From positions 149,358,001 through 149,422,000 of the forward strand of contig OZ024743.1 in assembly GCA_964016885.1 (NCBI GenBank): a stretch of 64,000 nucleotides of DNA, in the 5' to 3' direction. How positions within the stretch are numbered: position 1 is the first letter of the stretch; each line of letters starts with the position of its first letter. The position numbers and the translations under genes are program-made. The notes beneath the pieces are model-generated. The model ran no database searches, was not told the DNA's origin, and was given only the letters and a program-made list of their open reading frames with translations. Positions 14,258 through 26,665 of the stretch are shown one piece after another. This stretch comes from Eledone cirrhosa. Lineage: Eukaryota.

Positions 14258-14862
14258 TGTCAGGTCACCAGTTGGTGCTACTGGTAACATGTATCCCAGT
14301 ACAACCTGTCTCATAGTCGGGTCGTTGGCGACTAAACTAGCAACCCCACCAAGGTTTCTTGGTGAGGAGGGTGACTTTGGACATCCTGCAGGACTAAAAA
14401 CAAAACCTGTCAAAGGGCGAAGGAGCTCTTAAGAGTCAATGGCCATCCAAAATCACCGGAAGATGACCCCTTAGCCTTTGTCAAGGCAGAATTCTAGGAG
14501 AAGGAAAACTCTGGTATAACACCTGCAACCCTGATGGTATCCAATGATGTTGACTTGTTCTTCTTTTTGGTAAATATCATCTTGGTTAAGAGAGTGGGAC
14601 TGGCTTAGTGCAGTGCCTTTGCTCACTATAAAAGCTTCATGGCACAGGCATTGCTTTATATCTGGAGATCTCTCTGCACTTGTCGTCACATGGTACCAAG
14701 GGCCCAGCACTATATGTCAATAATTGTCACAAGTGTAGTGTTTGTACCAGAGTTTTCAAGTCGCTGGCTTGACTAAAAAGTCACACTCATTCAGCGCATC
14801 GGTAGTTCTCCTACATGGATATAAAGTAGTGGCCATACTCGAAAACGAGTTGGCAGCCACCA
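14258..14862 (+). mobile_element. Family D full-length (about 605 bp) RTE-related non-autonomous retroelement
   Basis: Near-identical inverted copy at 24619-25228; contains the RTE 5'-UTR-like motif tctaggagaaggaaaactct; (ATGT)n on both sides; no credible ORF. Confidence 0.85.
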
Positions 14863-14904
14863 TGTATGTATGTATGTATGTATGTATGTATGTATGTATG
14901 TATA

Positions 14905-15035
14905 AAATTCAATGTAGAAATGGCTTCTGCAGTACTAAAACTATTTCATTTGAAAGAAATCATCAGGGCTTTCCTGATGATTTATTTCAAATGAAACAGT
15001 TCTAATCTTGTAGAAACTATTTCTACATTAAATTT
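14905..15035. ncRNA. Head-to-head inverted pair of type I hammerhead ribozyme motifs (probable Penelope-like terminal remnant)
   Basis: Plus strand: tttc-CTGATGA(14974-80)-tttatttcaaat-GAAA(14993-96)-cag-ttctaatc-ttGTA(15010-12)-gaaa. 14905-14967 is a diverged reverse complement of 14973-15035. Confidence 0.65.
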
Positions 15036-15118
15036 GATGTTTACTGTCTACTAATGTATTGAGTACATTAATTTTTGTGGTTACCCCCTATTGAACCCAG
15101 GTCTCATATACATATATA

Positions 15119-15882
15119 TATAAGGGATCAGACACCATACCTTGTTGACTATGTATGCCCTGTGGGGTAAGTTGACACAACCTATGTTGCCTATTGGACT
15201 CGGCACATCATCCTAGGCAATGACATCGCATGAGCCGGGACACGGTGGCTCAACTTCCACAGATATTCAGTCCCGTACCATACATCAACAAGGCACTCTA
15301 TCTCACCCACAGTGACATGCTCCATTATGGCCTGTTTACGCACTCCCTGCATGTGTATCCTTTCATTAGTATGTGCATATTCTCCAAGCATTCCATTATG
15401 TAACACCCCATGTATTTTTTCATATACAAACCAATATGTATCTTTGTGTACTTTTCTTATATAATTTAGATATATGTATTTTTTTATATATTCTGCATAC
15501 ATTTATATATTCTGCATGCATTTTCTATATACGGTCTGGGCATACCCTTTACATTAATACCATCAACTCCCCATATGTAGCCTTGCTCAAGGTGTCTATA
15601 CGTGGGTTTATCCACGTTGGCAACATAATAACAACTCTGTCAGCACGTACATCAAGGTGCATTTTTTCATGTACAGCCCAATGTGTATCTTTATATGCTT
15701 TTCTTATATGTGTTTTTTTACATATTTGTTTATGCGTGTGTAGATGTGTGTGTATATATGTGTGTATATGTGTGTGTTTATGCATGTGTAGATGTGTGTG
15801 TTTATACATATATACATATGTGTAAGAATATATGTGCGAATGTGTGTGTGTGTATGCACACGTGTAGGGGGGAAAAATATAT

Positions 15883-15936
<54 letters not shown>

Positions 15937-16813
15937 ATGTATGTATATGTATGTATATGTATGTATATATATATATACATGTGTGTAGATGTATGTGTGT
16001 ATGCGTGTGTGTGGGCTTGTGGGTAGGTGTATATATATATATATATATATATATGCAGGTGTGTGCATGTGTGTATGTATGTGTATGTATGTATATGTAT
16101 CTGTGCGTGTATATGTATGTATATGTACGCATGTGTACGTGTGTGTGTGTGTGTGTATGTATATGTACTGGTGCGTGTATGTGTGTGTGTATGCGTGTGT
16201 ATATATACACGTGCGTGTGTGTGCCTCTCTGTGTGCATGTATGTGTATATTTGTGTGACTATTTATGTGTGTGTGTATGGATATGTGTGTATGCTTCTGT
16301 GCGTACATGTGTGAACATATGCCCACAAGCTACTCTGTATGTATTTTGTCCGTATTTCTGTGCATGTGTGTGTGTGCTCGTGGGAGTGTGAACAGGAAAC
16401 ACAGCAGTAATTTTGCTGACGGGACAGTGGGTGAGTGACAGCTCATGCCTTGGTCAGTGGGCTGCTACCAGTGGTCAGAATTATGATGACGTCCCTAACC
16501 AGTAACCAACCCAAGGATGGACGCACAAAGAGGATGAAGGTGGACGATATAGACCCATAGGGTCTATAGCGAAAGAGGATATGCTCCGAAATCAATAGAC
16601 ATGCCTGAGGAATCTGTGAATCCAGCATCAGGTCGATCCACACACAGATCACACCTCAAGCTGTTTGCCGGGGAAACAATTGTAACACACAATAAATTGA
16701 GTTCCGATGCATCACTGATTTTTCGTTTTCCATTCTATCATACTCTGCTCCATAGGAGCATAGAGTGCTCAACTGGCATACCACCTATGGAAGCATCTTA
16801 GCTACCATTAGAC
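15119..16813 (+). mobile_element. Possible solo LTR with internal (TG/TA)n expansion
   Basis: GC-richer ends, AATAAA at 16691, CA 3' end, TA-repeat flanks. The 5' TG and a TSD are not clean. Confidence 0.3.
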
Positions 16814-18007
16814 ATATATATAAATATATATATACCCAATATCGGTTTGTATTTCTTTTCTTGATTTATTGTTTTAAATTGAGTCTGGCAAACCCTATTG
16901 TTAATAGTATTTTTTTCACCCTAGCGAATCAGGTCCCTTACGGTTTGAACACATATATTTTTATATCTGTGTTTATCTCTCTTTTATATTCATTTATATT
17001 ACACAGCTCAGAAAAACCTCTTTCTTTGAGCTATTTAATTGTAAGAGAATATTTTGAGTTTCTAACTCAATATATACCTTTGATATATATATATATATAT
17101 TACAACTAAATGTATGTGTGTATTAAAGACCAAGAAAAATAAAATAAGACACCAATATTTGGTTGGGAACCACACATTTCTCAAAATGAAATATCATCAT
17201 ATGAAGTTTGATGAAATAACTATATGATTAATTCTATTTTATTTAATTCCTTTTGTAGACTCATTTTCATAAGTTTCCTTTCCATTACTAGGTTTAACTC
17301 TCAGATTCATGCATTCTACATGAAATTTCCCTGTAGGACATACACTCACGCCATGGTTATCAGAATGATAGAAATTAAATCTTGATTCTTCTAAAATCTT
17401 GATTCTACTTATGATACGACCTCCAACTCTTATGCTCCTGTTAAAAACTGAATATGAGCACATTGGATTTTCAGAGAAATGTGTGGTTTTTAAGGTGCAA
17501 AATATTAACCTTAATGACCATATGTGTTTCAATTAATTTTGAAAATATAAAATTTGGAAAGCTTTATCAAAATAACTTTCATTACGTTCTTACAGAAAAT
17601 TATTATGGAAGGTTGTAATTTAGATATGGACACTTTAAAATTGACTGTTTTATCACAGAACCAGTGATTTTCAGGTGGTTTGGTAGAAAAAGTGTTAAGT
17701 TGAAATATCCTTAACTTCAAATATTTTCTCTTTGCACAGTTTACAGCAAAGTGCATCATCACGTTGATACTGAGGCAAGAAAGAACCTCTACATACATAG
17801 TCACTAACATTGCTGGAAATAGTAGCCTAGATATTGGATAGATATTGGATAATGTGGTTCTTTGCATGTAGAAAATAGGCCTGATAGTTAAAGCTGGAAT
17901 ACCTTTCATCATCAGTTTGCTGGCTCAAGGCTGTCCTGGGAACAAATAACAATTTTAAGCTTTACTCATGCTTGGAGCTATCAATTATGAATATTTCTTA
18001 AAATACA

Positions 18008-18572
18008 GAGAGACTGAGCATAAGAGGAATCAAATGCTGTGTGCAAGAGAGGCAGTTGCGTTGGTATGGACATGTGATGCGTATGAAGGATGACAGCTGC
18101 ATAAAAAGGTGCAATGGAAACTGCGGAGTGGGGAGACCCAAGATGACCTGGGATGAGGTGATAAAAGCCGACCTTACCCAATTACACCTCTCAAAGGCAA
18201 TGACACACGACCGTGTCCTCTGGCGTCATGCAGTAATACAGAGTACCCGACCTCCATGGGTACAAGCTGAAGCATATAGACAATATGCCCCCACACCCCC
18301 CACCACAAGGTGGTCGTGGAGGTGCCACGGCAAAAAAGCACCCAGCCCACACTGTAAAGTGGACGTGTAGGCGCCACGAAAAAGCACCCAGCACTCACTG
18401 TAAATGAGGTTGGTGTTAGGAAGGGCATCCAGCTGTAGAAATCAAGCCAAATCAGTTCCTGTATGAGCAAGGCATGGTCAGCCGACCAGACACTGCCCAC
18501 AACAGGACAACCCGTCTAACCCATGCTAGCGTGGAAGAACGGATGTAAAACGGTGATGACTATGATGATGAT
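18008..18572 (+). mobile_element. 5'-truncated RTE LINE 3' end
   Basis: QERQLRWYGHVMRM...GRPKMTWDEVIKADL...DRVLWR, then the 3' UTR and (GAT)n. Confidence 0.9.
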
Positions 18573-18652
18573 GACAGTAGAAATGTATTTTCTTTTGCGG
18601 AATTCTATCAAAGAACTTAATAAATGAACAGCTTAGAACCATGAAAATACGT

Positions 18653-18689
<37 letters not shown>

Positions 18690-19209
18690 ATGGCATGTGT
18701 GATGTATGTTTTATCACTTAATCAAACCAACAACATACCCATCACCACTAAAAGCACATCCACCATTGCAAGTACTGCAAGTTCTAATGAGAGAGCTTCT
18801 ATATGGAAGCATGACTTGCTAAAATTAGCAGCTAAATTTCCCTCATCACACCTCAAAATCAATATAAGAAGCACACTCTGTTTTAGGTGATTATGGGTTC
18901 ATTTCACATAGGAAAAAGATAGGATTGTCACGTCTGGAATGCCTTTGATTATATGTCAACTTGATGAAGGCTAAGTTGCAGCTAAACAACAACAGCAGCA
19001 GCAACAACAACAACAACGGCAACAACAAATAAATCACTATCATCACTCACCCAGCAACACCCAAACAATTCTCCATCCATCACTACTTACAACAAAAAGT
19101 ATTTCTACCTACCCCAACAATCACACTAAATTCCTATCAACATCACCACCACTTCCACCACCACCACAGCCACTACCACCATCCCCACCACCAACAACAC
19201 CACAATAAC

Positions 19210-20250
19210 GACAACAGCTACAACATCATCAACAAAAACACTGATACCACTGCCAGGACTACCGCCACCAAGATCAATACCACCACCAACACCACCACCA
19301 CCACTACCATCACCATCACCACCTCCACCACCACCACCACCACCACCACTATCACCACCTCCACCACCATAGCCACCACCACAACCACCACCACAACCAC
19401 TACAACAAGAACATCAACAAAATTACCACCACCACCACAACAAAAACAATAACACCAACAACAAAAACATTAATACCACCACTAGCACTACCACCACCAC
19501 CACTGCCACCACTATAGCCACCACCACTACAACATCAACAACATCAACAAAAACACTAATACCACCACTAGCACTACCACCACCATCACTGCCACCACTA
19601 TAGCCACTACCACTACAACAACAACAACAACATCAACAAAAACACTAATACCACCACCAGAACCACCACTACCACCACCACCACCACCACCACTGCCACC
19701 ACTATAGCCACCACCACTACAACAACAACAACAACATCAACAAAAACACTAATACCAACACTAGCACTACCACCACCACCACCACCACTGCCACCACTAT
19801 AGCCACCACCACTACAACATCAACAACATCAACAAAAACACTAATACCACCACTAGCACTACCACTACCACCACCACCACTGACACCACTATAGCCACCA
19901 CCACTACAACATCAACAACATCAACAAAAACACTAATACCACCACTAGCACTACTACCACCACCACCACTGACACCACTATAGCCACCACCACTACAACA
20001 TCAACAACATCAACAAAAACGCTAATACCACCACTAGCACTACCACCATCACCACCACCACCACTGACACCACTATAGCCACCACCACCACCACCACCAC
20101 CACCACCACTACAACAACAAGAACATCAACAAAAACACTAATATACCACCACCAGAATCACCACCACCACCACCACCACCACCATAACAACAACAACAAC
20201 ATCAACAAAAACACTTATACCACCACCAGCACTACCACCACCACCACTGT
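19210..20250. repeat. Minisatellite (about 70-90 bp unit) built from CCA/CAA triplets
   Basis: Recurring caacaaaaacactaataccaccactagcactaccacc...actatagccaccaccactac, about 10 copies. Confidence 0.9.
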
Positions 20251-20449
20251 CTAACTGCCCATTTTCACAACAGACAGTACAATTTCAGGATATTTAATTC
20301 TAGTTTTTCCATTTATAAAATCATTCCCAATTGATCCTTTCTTCGCTTGTTACCAAAATACTAAAGGAAATTCCTTTTCCTTTAATCTTTATGACAAATT
20401 CATTACCTGTCTATGAAAGAAAAATGACAAACATAATACACATTCTTCC

Positions 20450-20658
20450 ATCATCTTTCTTCTTCTTCTTCTTCTTCTTCTTCTTCTTCTTCATCTTCTT
20501 CTTCTTCTTCTTCTTTTTCTTCTTCTCCCAATCACTATTACCATTATTATTGCCATTACTATTATTAGTAATGCTATCATCATCATCATCATCATCATCA
20601 CCATCAACATTAAGAACACCATCATCATCATCATCATCATCACCATCAACATTAAGAA

Positions 20659-20702
<44 letters not shown>

Positions 20703-20811
20703 CCATCACCATTACAAACACCATCATCATCACCACCACCACCACCACCACCAGCTGTAGTAGTAGACATAGTAGTAGAAAGATGTATCTTTCATATTTT
20801 TTTTTTTTTGC

Positions 20812-20861
<50 letters not shown>

Positions 20862-20965
20862 ATGCCTGCGTGTGAGTGTGTGTGGTGGTGGTGTGTGTGT
20901 GTGTGTGTGCATGCCTGCGTGTGTGTGTGTGTGGGTGGTGGTGGTGGTGTGTGTGTGTGTGTGCC
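20450..20965. repeat. (TTC)n,(ATC)n,(CCA)n,(GT)n compound microsatellite
   Basis: Directly visible. Confidence 0.95.
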
Positions 20966-21339
20966 ATTGACTTTTTCTTTCTTTATCATATTTCAAATGA
21001 AATGAATTGAAATTGAAGAGAAAATCAAATAATTGTTCATCTTAAAGAAAGACTAGAAAATCTTTCCCACAAAACAGTAACAAAGTTAGCCAATCAATGT
21101 AGCCAATTATATATATAACGACTGGCTTATCATACGGCACTATCACTTACAATAAACACTGTAATAATGAGGACTATGGTGATAATGGTGATAATGGTGA
21201 GTTTTGATAGGAGGGGAGGAGGGGTAGATGGAGGAGGGGGAAGGGTGGAAGAGGAGGAGATGGGGAGGGAGAGGGGGAGGATGTTGATAGTAATATTCAT
21301 CATGATCATGTTGAATGTTGATAGTGGGGAGCAATGGCA

Positions 21340-21342
21340 ATT

Positions 21343-21374
<32 letters not shown>

Positions 21375-21700
21375 CAAGTGTAGGAAGAGGAGAGGGTGAT
21401 AATGATGATTATGATGTTGAAGAAGAAGAAGAAGAAGAAGAAGAAGAAGAAGAAGAAGAAGAAGAAGAAGAAGAAGAAGAAGATGCAGAAGAAGAAGAAG
21501 AAGAAGAAGAAGAAGAAGCAGAAGAAGAAGAAGAAGAAGAAGAAGAAGAAGAAGAAGAAGAGCAGGAAAAATGATAGTGATAAGGAGGATTAGGATGATG
21601 TGGATAGCAATAGTGATGATGGTAATGTTTATGCTGCTACAGATGATGATGACGATAGTGATAATGCTGATGATTATGCTAATGGTGATAGTGATGGTGG
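21340..21700. repeat. (GAA)n/(GAT)n microsatellite
   Basis: Directly visible. Confidence 0.95.
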
Positions 21701-22586
21701 TGTTGATAACATTGAGGATTCTTTATATAAAGCCAGTTGTTAAGGAAAAAAAGATTATAATTGATCCGTAGAAAACCTGCCAGACAGTCCTATAGGAGCA
21801 AGTGGAACAATTCCCGTCTAAACCCATGCTAGCGTGGAAGATAGACGTATGATGATGATGATGATTATGAATCAGCCTCTAATATACCACTGGTACATTT
21901 TCATTAATAACAAAGACTTGTTGATTCTGTTTTGCCCCATGTTAGCTCTAATCAAGGTTATTCCAGTGGTGATCATTACATCTTTTTTGAATCACAGTAT
22001 ATGAAGAATTATATCAACCAATATGCTCTTCCTTTTTTTAATATGGTAGAGTGTGATTAGGGGAGGATTTGGCTACTGTTTCTTGCAAGTTGAGGGGTTA
22101 CATAGAGGCTTCTTTATAGATCCCTAAAGAATGTATAATGAAGTTAAGTCTTGTGTAAACTCATATTCTCATCAATTGATTATATGATCCATTATAAATA
22201 AACTTGAGCGTAGGTATTTAATTCAAAGTTTAAACCTCTCAAAACTTGTATTTGCTTATAATGCTTTGAGAGTTGATAAATAAAGTAGCTGCAATATGCC
22301 AGTGGCAAACATAGCTGATTGATATTTTTATCTAAAATTTGTGGTGATGTGATTATGATATTTGCCATTACATAGATAGGTATGAAATCTATGATTTTTT
22401 TTAGGATGGTGTTATTGCTGTGAGTACTAGAACATCCCTTATCAATTAGACCAGTGATTTAAATCATTCCAGTTTTGAGCATCCCATAATTTTGTGTATA
22501 TAAAATTGTAGCAGAATTGAATTAAACATTAAGCAAAATAAGCAAGCACTTAGGCTATCAAGGGAGGAGATATGCCATTTGTCATA

Positions 22587-22622
<36 letters not shown>

Positions 22623-23419
22623 GGTGGTCACCATAATCTCAAGTGCCTAGGACCTCAAAACGCTTTAATCCAGCCATAGATAGCAGGGCATTATTTCAGA
22701 GAATTTATCTGATTTTTCTAGCAAATCAAATTTAGGTTGCGGCACTCATGTTTTTCCTAGAAAGCATTAAAGGAAGGAAATTAAGGGAAATGACTCCACC
22801 CCCAGATCCAAGTCAAATGCAGCCATCAACTATTGGAAGCTCACCAATATTTAAAAACTGGCCAAATAAGCTAGACAGGACTTTTACTTGATTGTTTCAC
22901 CTGGTAAAAATTGCAGTCAAATTCCCTTCAAATCATACCCTTTTAAAAGGATATTTTAAATAACATGGACTTGAAGTATCAGTCATCTCCAGAATGCCTT
23001 TGATGACAGGCCAATCAGAGCTGTTCTGGGTTTAAACAACAAAAATAATGACTAAGAAAATGAAGTAAAAATGGTTTGAGCAATCAGACAGTATATGAAT
23101 ATTGAGTGCTCATTGCAAATGCTGATCACTTTTTCAATCTATAAGTAGATGGTCTTTACCTGATTTTTTTCTAAGCTATTATTTGCAACTTATCATTTTA
23201 CTATGTTTCCTAGATTTTCTATGAACCTCACAACTCCTCAATGCTTCAAAACTTTGAACACAGGCCTCATACAGTCATTCTTTCTTATGTAGGGAGAAAC
23301 CTTTTGTTGTCAACAGTAGGATTAGCTCTCTAAAATTCTTCCATCCTAACCTTATTCTAGCTATTATGCTCGTAGACCACCCTCCTTTGCTGCTAATTAA
23401 GTCACTTAGATAGCAGAAG

Positions 23420-23740
23420 CTATAAACCACTTCTTTGGACCCTTCCTGTGATTTGAAGAGGTTTATATCACTGATGCTCTTTCCCTCGATTACCCCTGTG
23501 CATCTTCTACATACAAAGTTTTCCCTTCCTGTTAGTTTACTTGTTATCCCACTACATCTCTTGTGTACCCAAGATATACATTGTGTACACCATATGGAGT
23601 TTATACCTACTCCTTTTCAACATATTTAGCAGAGCCACTTCTCTGAAGTCATCAGGGACCTATCTTTCCTACTCACTAGCACTTTAGCTTTTGGGTAAGT
23701 TTACCCTTATACCCTTTGATTCCAAATTCTGTTTCCATAG
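23420..23740 (-). mobile_element. Degraded RTE LINE fragment with PHD-like Cys-rich insert
   Basis: GIRVNLPKAKVLVS...GVGINSIWCTQCISWVHKRCSGI...FVCRRC, homologous to the 26907-27260 ORF. Confidence 0.8.
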
Positions 23741-23773
23741 ACAGAACATATACTCACACATGCATACAAACAC

Positions 23774-23832
<59 letters not shown>

Positions 23833-23871
23833 CAGCAAAGAAAATCAAATTTTTGTTTAATGCATTTAATT

Positions 23872-23920
23872 GCTAACGATTGTTTCGTCCAGACAAATGT
23901 CTGGATTCATCGGAGTATAT
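23872..23920 (-). ncRNA. Degenerate minimal hammerhead motif
   Basis: Minus strand CCGATGA-a-tccagac-attt-gtctgga-c-GAAAC-aatc-GTT; perfect 7-bp stem II, core U4 changed to C. Confidence 0.45.
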
Positions 23921-23976
23921 ACACTGTTAAACAAATAAATAAATTCCTAATCCTTAGAATATTCATTAAGATACAT

Positions 23977-24310
23977 GGAGGCACATGGCTTAGCATTGGC
24001 CTTGCAATCGAAAGGTTGTGAGTTCAATTCTCAGACCGGGTGATGTGTTGTTTCCTTGAGCGAGACACTTTATTTCACATTGCTCCAGTTTACTCAGCTG
24101 TAGAAATGAGATGATAGGGACTGGGGTCCCTATCATTCCATTGCAAAGTGGTCGTGGAGGTACCATGGCAAAAAAGCAACCAGCACTCACTGTAAATGAG
24201 GTTGGTGTTAGGAAGCGCATCCAGCTGTAGAAATCAAGCCAGAATCAGTTCCCGTCCCACCCTTGCAAGCAGGGAAAAGCAGACGTAAAATGAAATGATG
24301 ATGATGATGA
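23977..24310 (+). mobile_element. Family B SINE
   Basis: Copy of 7146-7470 with a small head deletion. Confidence 0.85.
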
Positions 24311-24618
24311 TACATTATATTTGAGAAGACTAATTATAATTGTTAGTATCAGTTACAATATATTGAAGAGTAGGAGCAAAAGAATATTATAATGAAATGA
24401 TAGTAAAAATGATATATACATACACACACACACACATATATATATATATAAATGAAGTATTTCCATAGGAAAGGTAAAGGAAAAGAGAGTGCTCTATGTA
24501 GGCTACAGAGCTTTTTAGTTATGTAATAAATAACATAAGAATGAATTAATTATCTTATGTTGTTTATTACATAACTATATATATATATATATATATACAT
24601 ATATACATGCATACATAT

Positions 24619-25228
24619 ATGGTGGCTGCCAACTCGTTTTCGAGTACAGCCACTACTTCATATCCATGTAGGAGAACCCCCACCGATGCGCCGAACGAGT
24701 GTGGCTTGTTTGTGCAGCCAGCGACTTGAAAACTCTGGTACAGACACTGCACTTGTGACAACTATTGACACACAGTGCTGCGCCCATGGCACCATGTGAC
24801 GACAAGTGCAGAGAGATCTCCAAATATAAAGCAATGCCTGTGCCATGAAGCTTTTATAGTGAGCAAAGGCACTGCACAAAGCCAGTCTCACTCTCTTAAC
24901 CAAGATGATATTTACCAAAAAGAAGAACAAGTCAACATCATTGGATACCATCAGGGTTGCAGGTGTTATATCAGAGTTTTCCTTCTCCTAGAATTCTGCC
25001 TTGACAAAGGCTAAGGGGTCATCTCTCCCGGCGATTTTAGATGGCCATTGACGCTTAAGAGCTCCTTTGCCCTTTGACAGGTTTTGTTTTTAGTCCTGCA
25101 GGATGTCCAAAGTCACCCTCCTCACCAAGAAACCTTGGTGGGGTTGCCAGTTTAGTCGCCAACGTCCCGACCATGAGACAGGTTGTACTGGGATACATGT
25201 TACCAGTAGCACCAACTGGTGACCTGGC
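24619..25228 (-). mobile_element. Family D full-length element
   Basis: Reverse complement of 14258-14862; (TACA/TA)n flanks. Confidence 0.85.
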
Positions 25229-25300
25229 ATATATATATACATACATATATACATACATATATACATACATATATACATATATACATACATATATACATAC

Positions 25301-25333
<33 letters not shown>

Positions 25334-25363
25334 CATACATATATACATACATTCATACATACA

Positions 25364-25700
25364 TGATGGCTGCATACTTGATTTCGAGTAATGCTATCAG
25401 TTGATAGCATTAGCAACACGGGTGTGGCTTTTTAGTCCAACTACGGCCTTGCCAATAGCCAGTCATGCCATGAAATGTAGAAAATGTCACATATCAAGTG
25501 ATATCTGCTTGAAGCTTTTTTAAATGAGGAAAGGCTTTGCATGGGGCCAATCCCATTCCCTGAACATGGAATGCATTTACCCAAAAGGTAGAACTGGTCT
25601 ACATCATTGGATGTAAACAAAGTCATAGGTTTTACATCAAAGCAACCTTCTCCTTGAGAGAAGTCTTAATGAAGACTAGAGGTCTCTCACACCCCTCAAT
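25364..25700 (-). mobile_element. Diverged family D element
   Basis: gatggctgc...ttcgagta end; body similar to the reverse complement of 12400-12716. Confidence 0.6.
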
Positions 25701-25719
25701 AAAAATACATACATACATA

Positions 25720-25950
25720 ATCATCATCATCATCGTCTAACGTCTATCTTCCACGCTAGCATGGGTTTAGACGGGAATTGTCCCACTTGAGGCAAGATTG
25801 GTCGTCTCGCTCGTATAGGACTATCTGGCAGGTTTTCTAACACCAACCACGTTTACAGTGTGGACTGGGAGGTTTCTACTGTGTTACCTACACGGCCACA
25901 TTACAGCATGGACTATGTGTTTTTTTGTCGTGACACCTACACGACCTCAT
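25720..25950 (-). mobile_element. RTE-type 3' tail fragment
   Basis: cgtctatcttccacgctagcatgggtttagacgggaattg; related inverted copy at 21770-21865. Confidence 0.7.
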
Positions 25951-25997
25951 TTATTTAGGACTGGATGTTGTGGTACCAACATAACTTACATATATAT

Positions 25998-26480
25998 TGC
26001 TTCATCTTGTCAGATGATAGCTGTCTCAACATCATGTCATTTTTCCAGCAAAGTCACACCCTCCCATGTGCACAAAGGTGACTTTTCAATCCAGCAATTA
26101 ATTTTACAGGTCTTTGTCACAAGTAACAGATGTATTTCAGTGTTTGTACAGCATTTATTAGATCAGGATGTGGAATTTCATTTTGGTGACCCTTAATATT
26201 GTGTATTAACCTGGAGGTTTTCTTACATATATTGTTACAAATTTGACAAGTAGTCACATCTGGAGGTGCAGGGAGATTTGTACCATAATCTGCCTGTATC
26301 ATTGTCTGTTTGTATGTTTTCATATGGTTTACAAAACCAGCTTCAGAGAGAAGGACACAGTGACAGAAATTGTAATTCCAATAATCAATATTTTCAAGCC
26401 CTACCGACCCTTTCTTAGTGCCCATTTTAGGTCTGCTTTTGCTTTATTTGTTTCATCCAATAGTTGACACCCTGATTTAA
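25998..26480 (-). mobile_element. Probable LINE C-terminus with three degenerate C2H2 zinc fingers
   Basis: NFCHCVLLSEAGFVNHMKTY, CQICNNICKKTSRLIHNIKGH, CYL*QRPVKLIAGLKSHLCAH; stop and frameshift present. Confidence 0.55.
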
Positions 26481-26630
26481 TTGTCTTTCCCATTGATTTG
26501 TACATACATACATACGCACACTAACACACACACAAACATACATATATACATACAAACATACATACATACACACACACATACATAGATACACACATACATA
26601 CATACATACATACATACATACATACATACA

Positions 26631-26664
<34 letters not shown>

Positions 26665-26665
26665 C

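Noticed and set aside
14260-14380. Complete HDV-like or twister ribozyme call
   Set aside because: Only partial elements fit; no valid P1/P3/L3 or twister pseudoknot could be assembled by eye.
15549-16391. Many overlapping ORFs (also at 7.0, 11.3, 20.3, 47.7 and 49.1 kb)
   Set aside because: Translations of di-, tri- and tetranucleotide repeats.
17120-17720. Possible TTAA-type (Kolobok-like) DNA transposon
   Set aside because: An internal inverted motif is visible (17168/17470), but termini and TSD are not resolvable.
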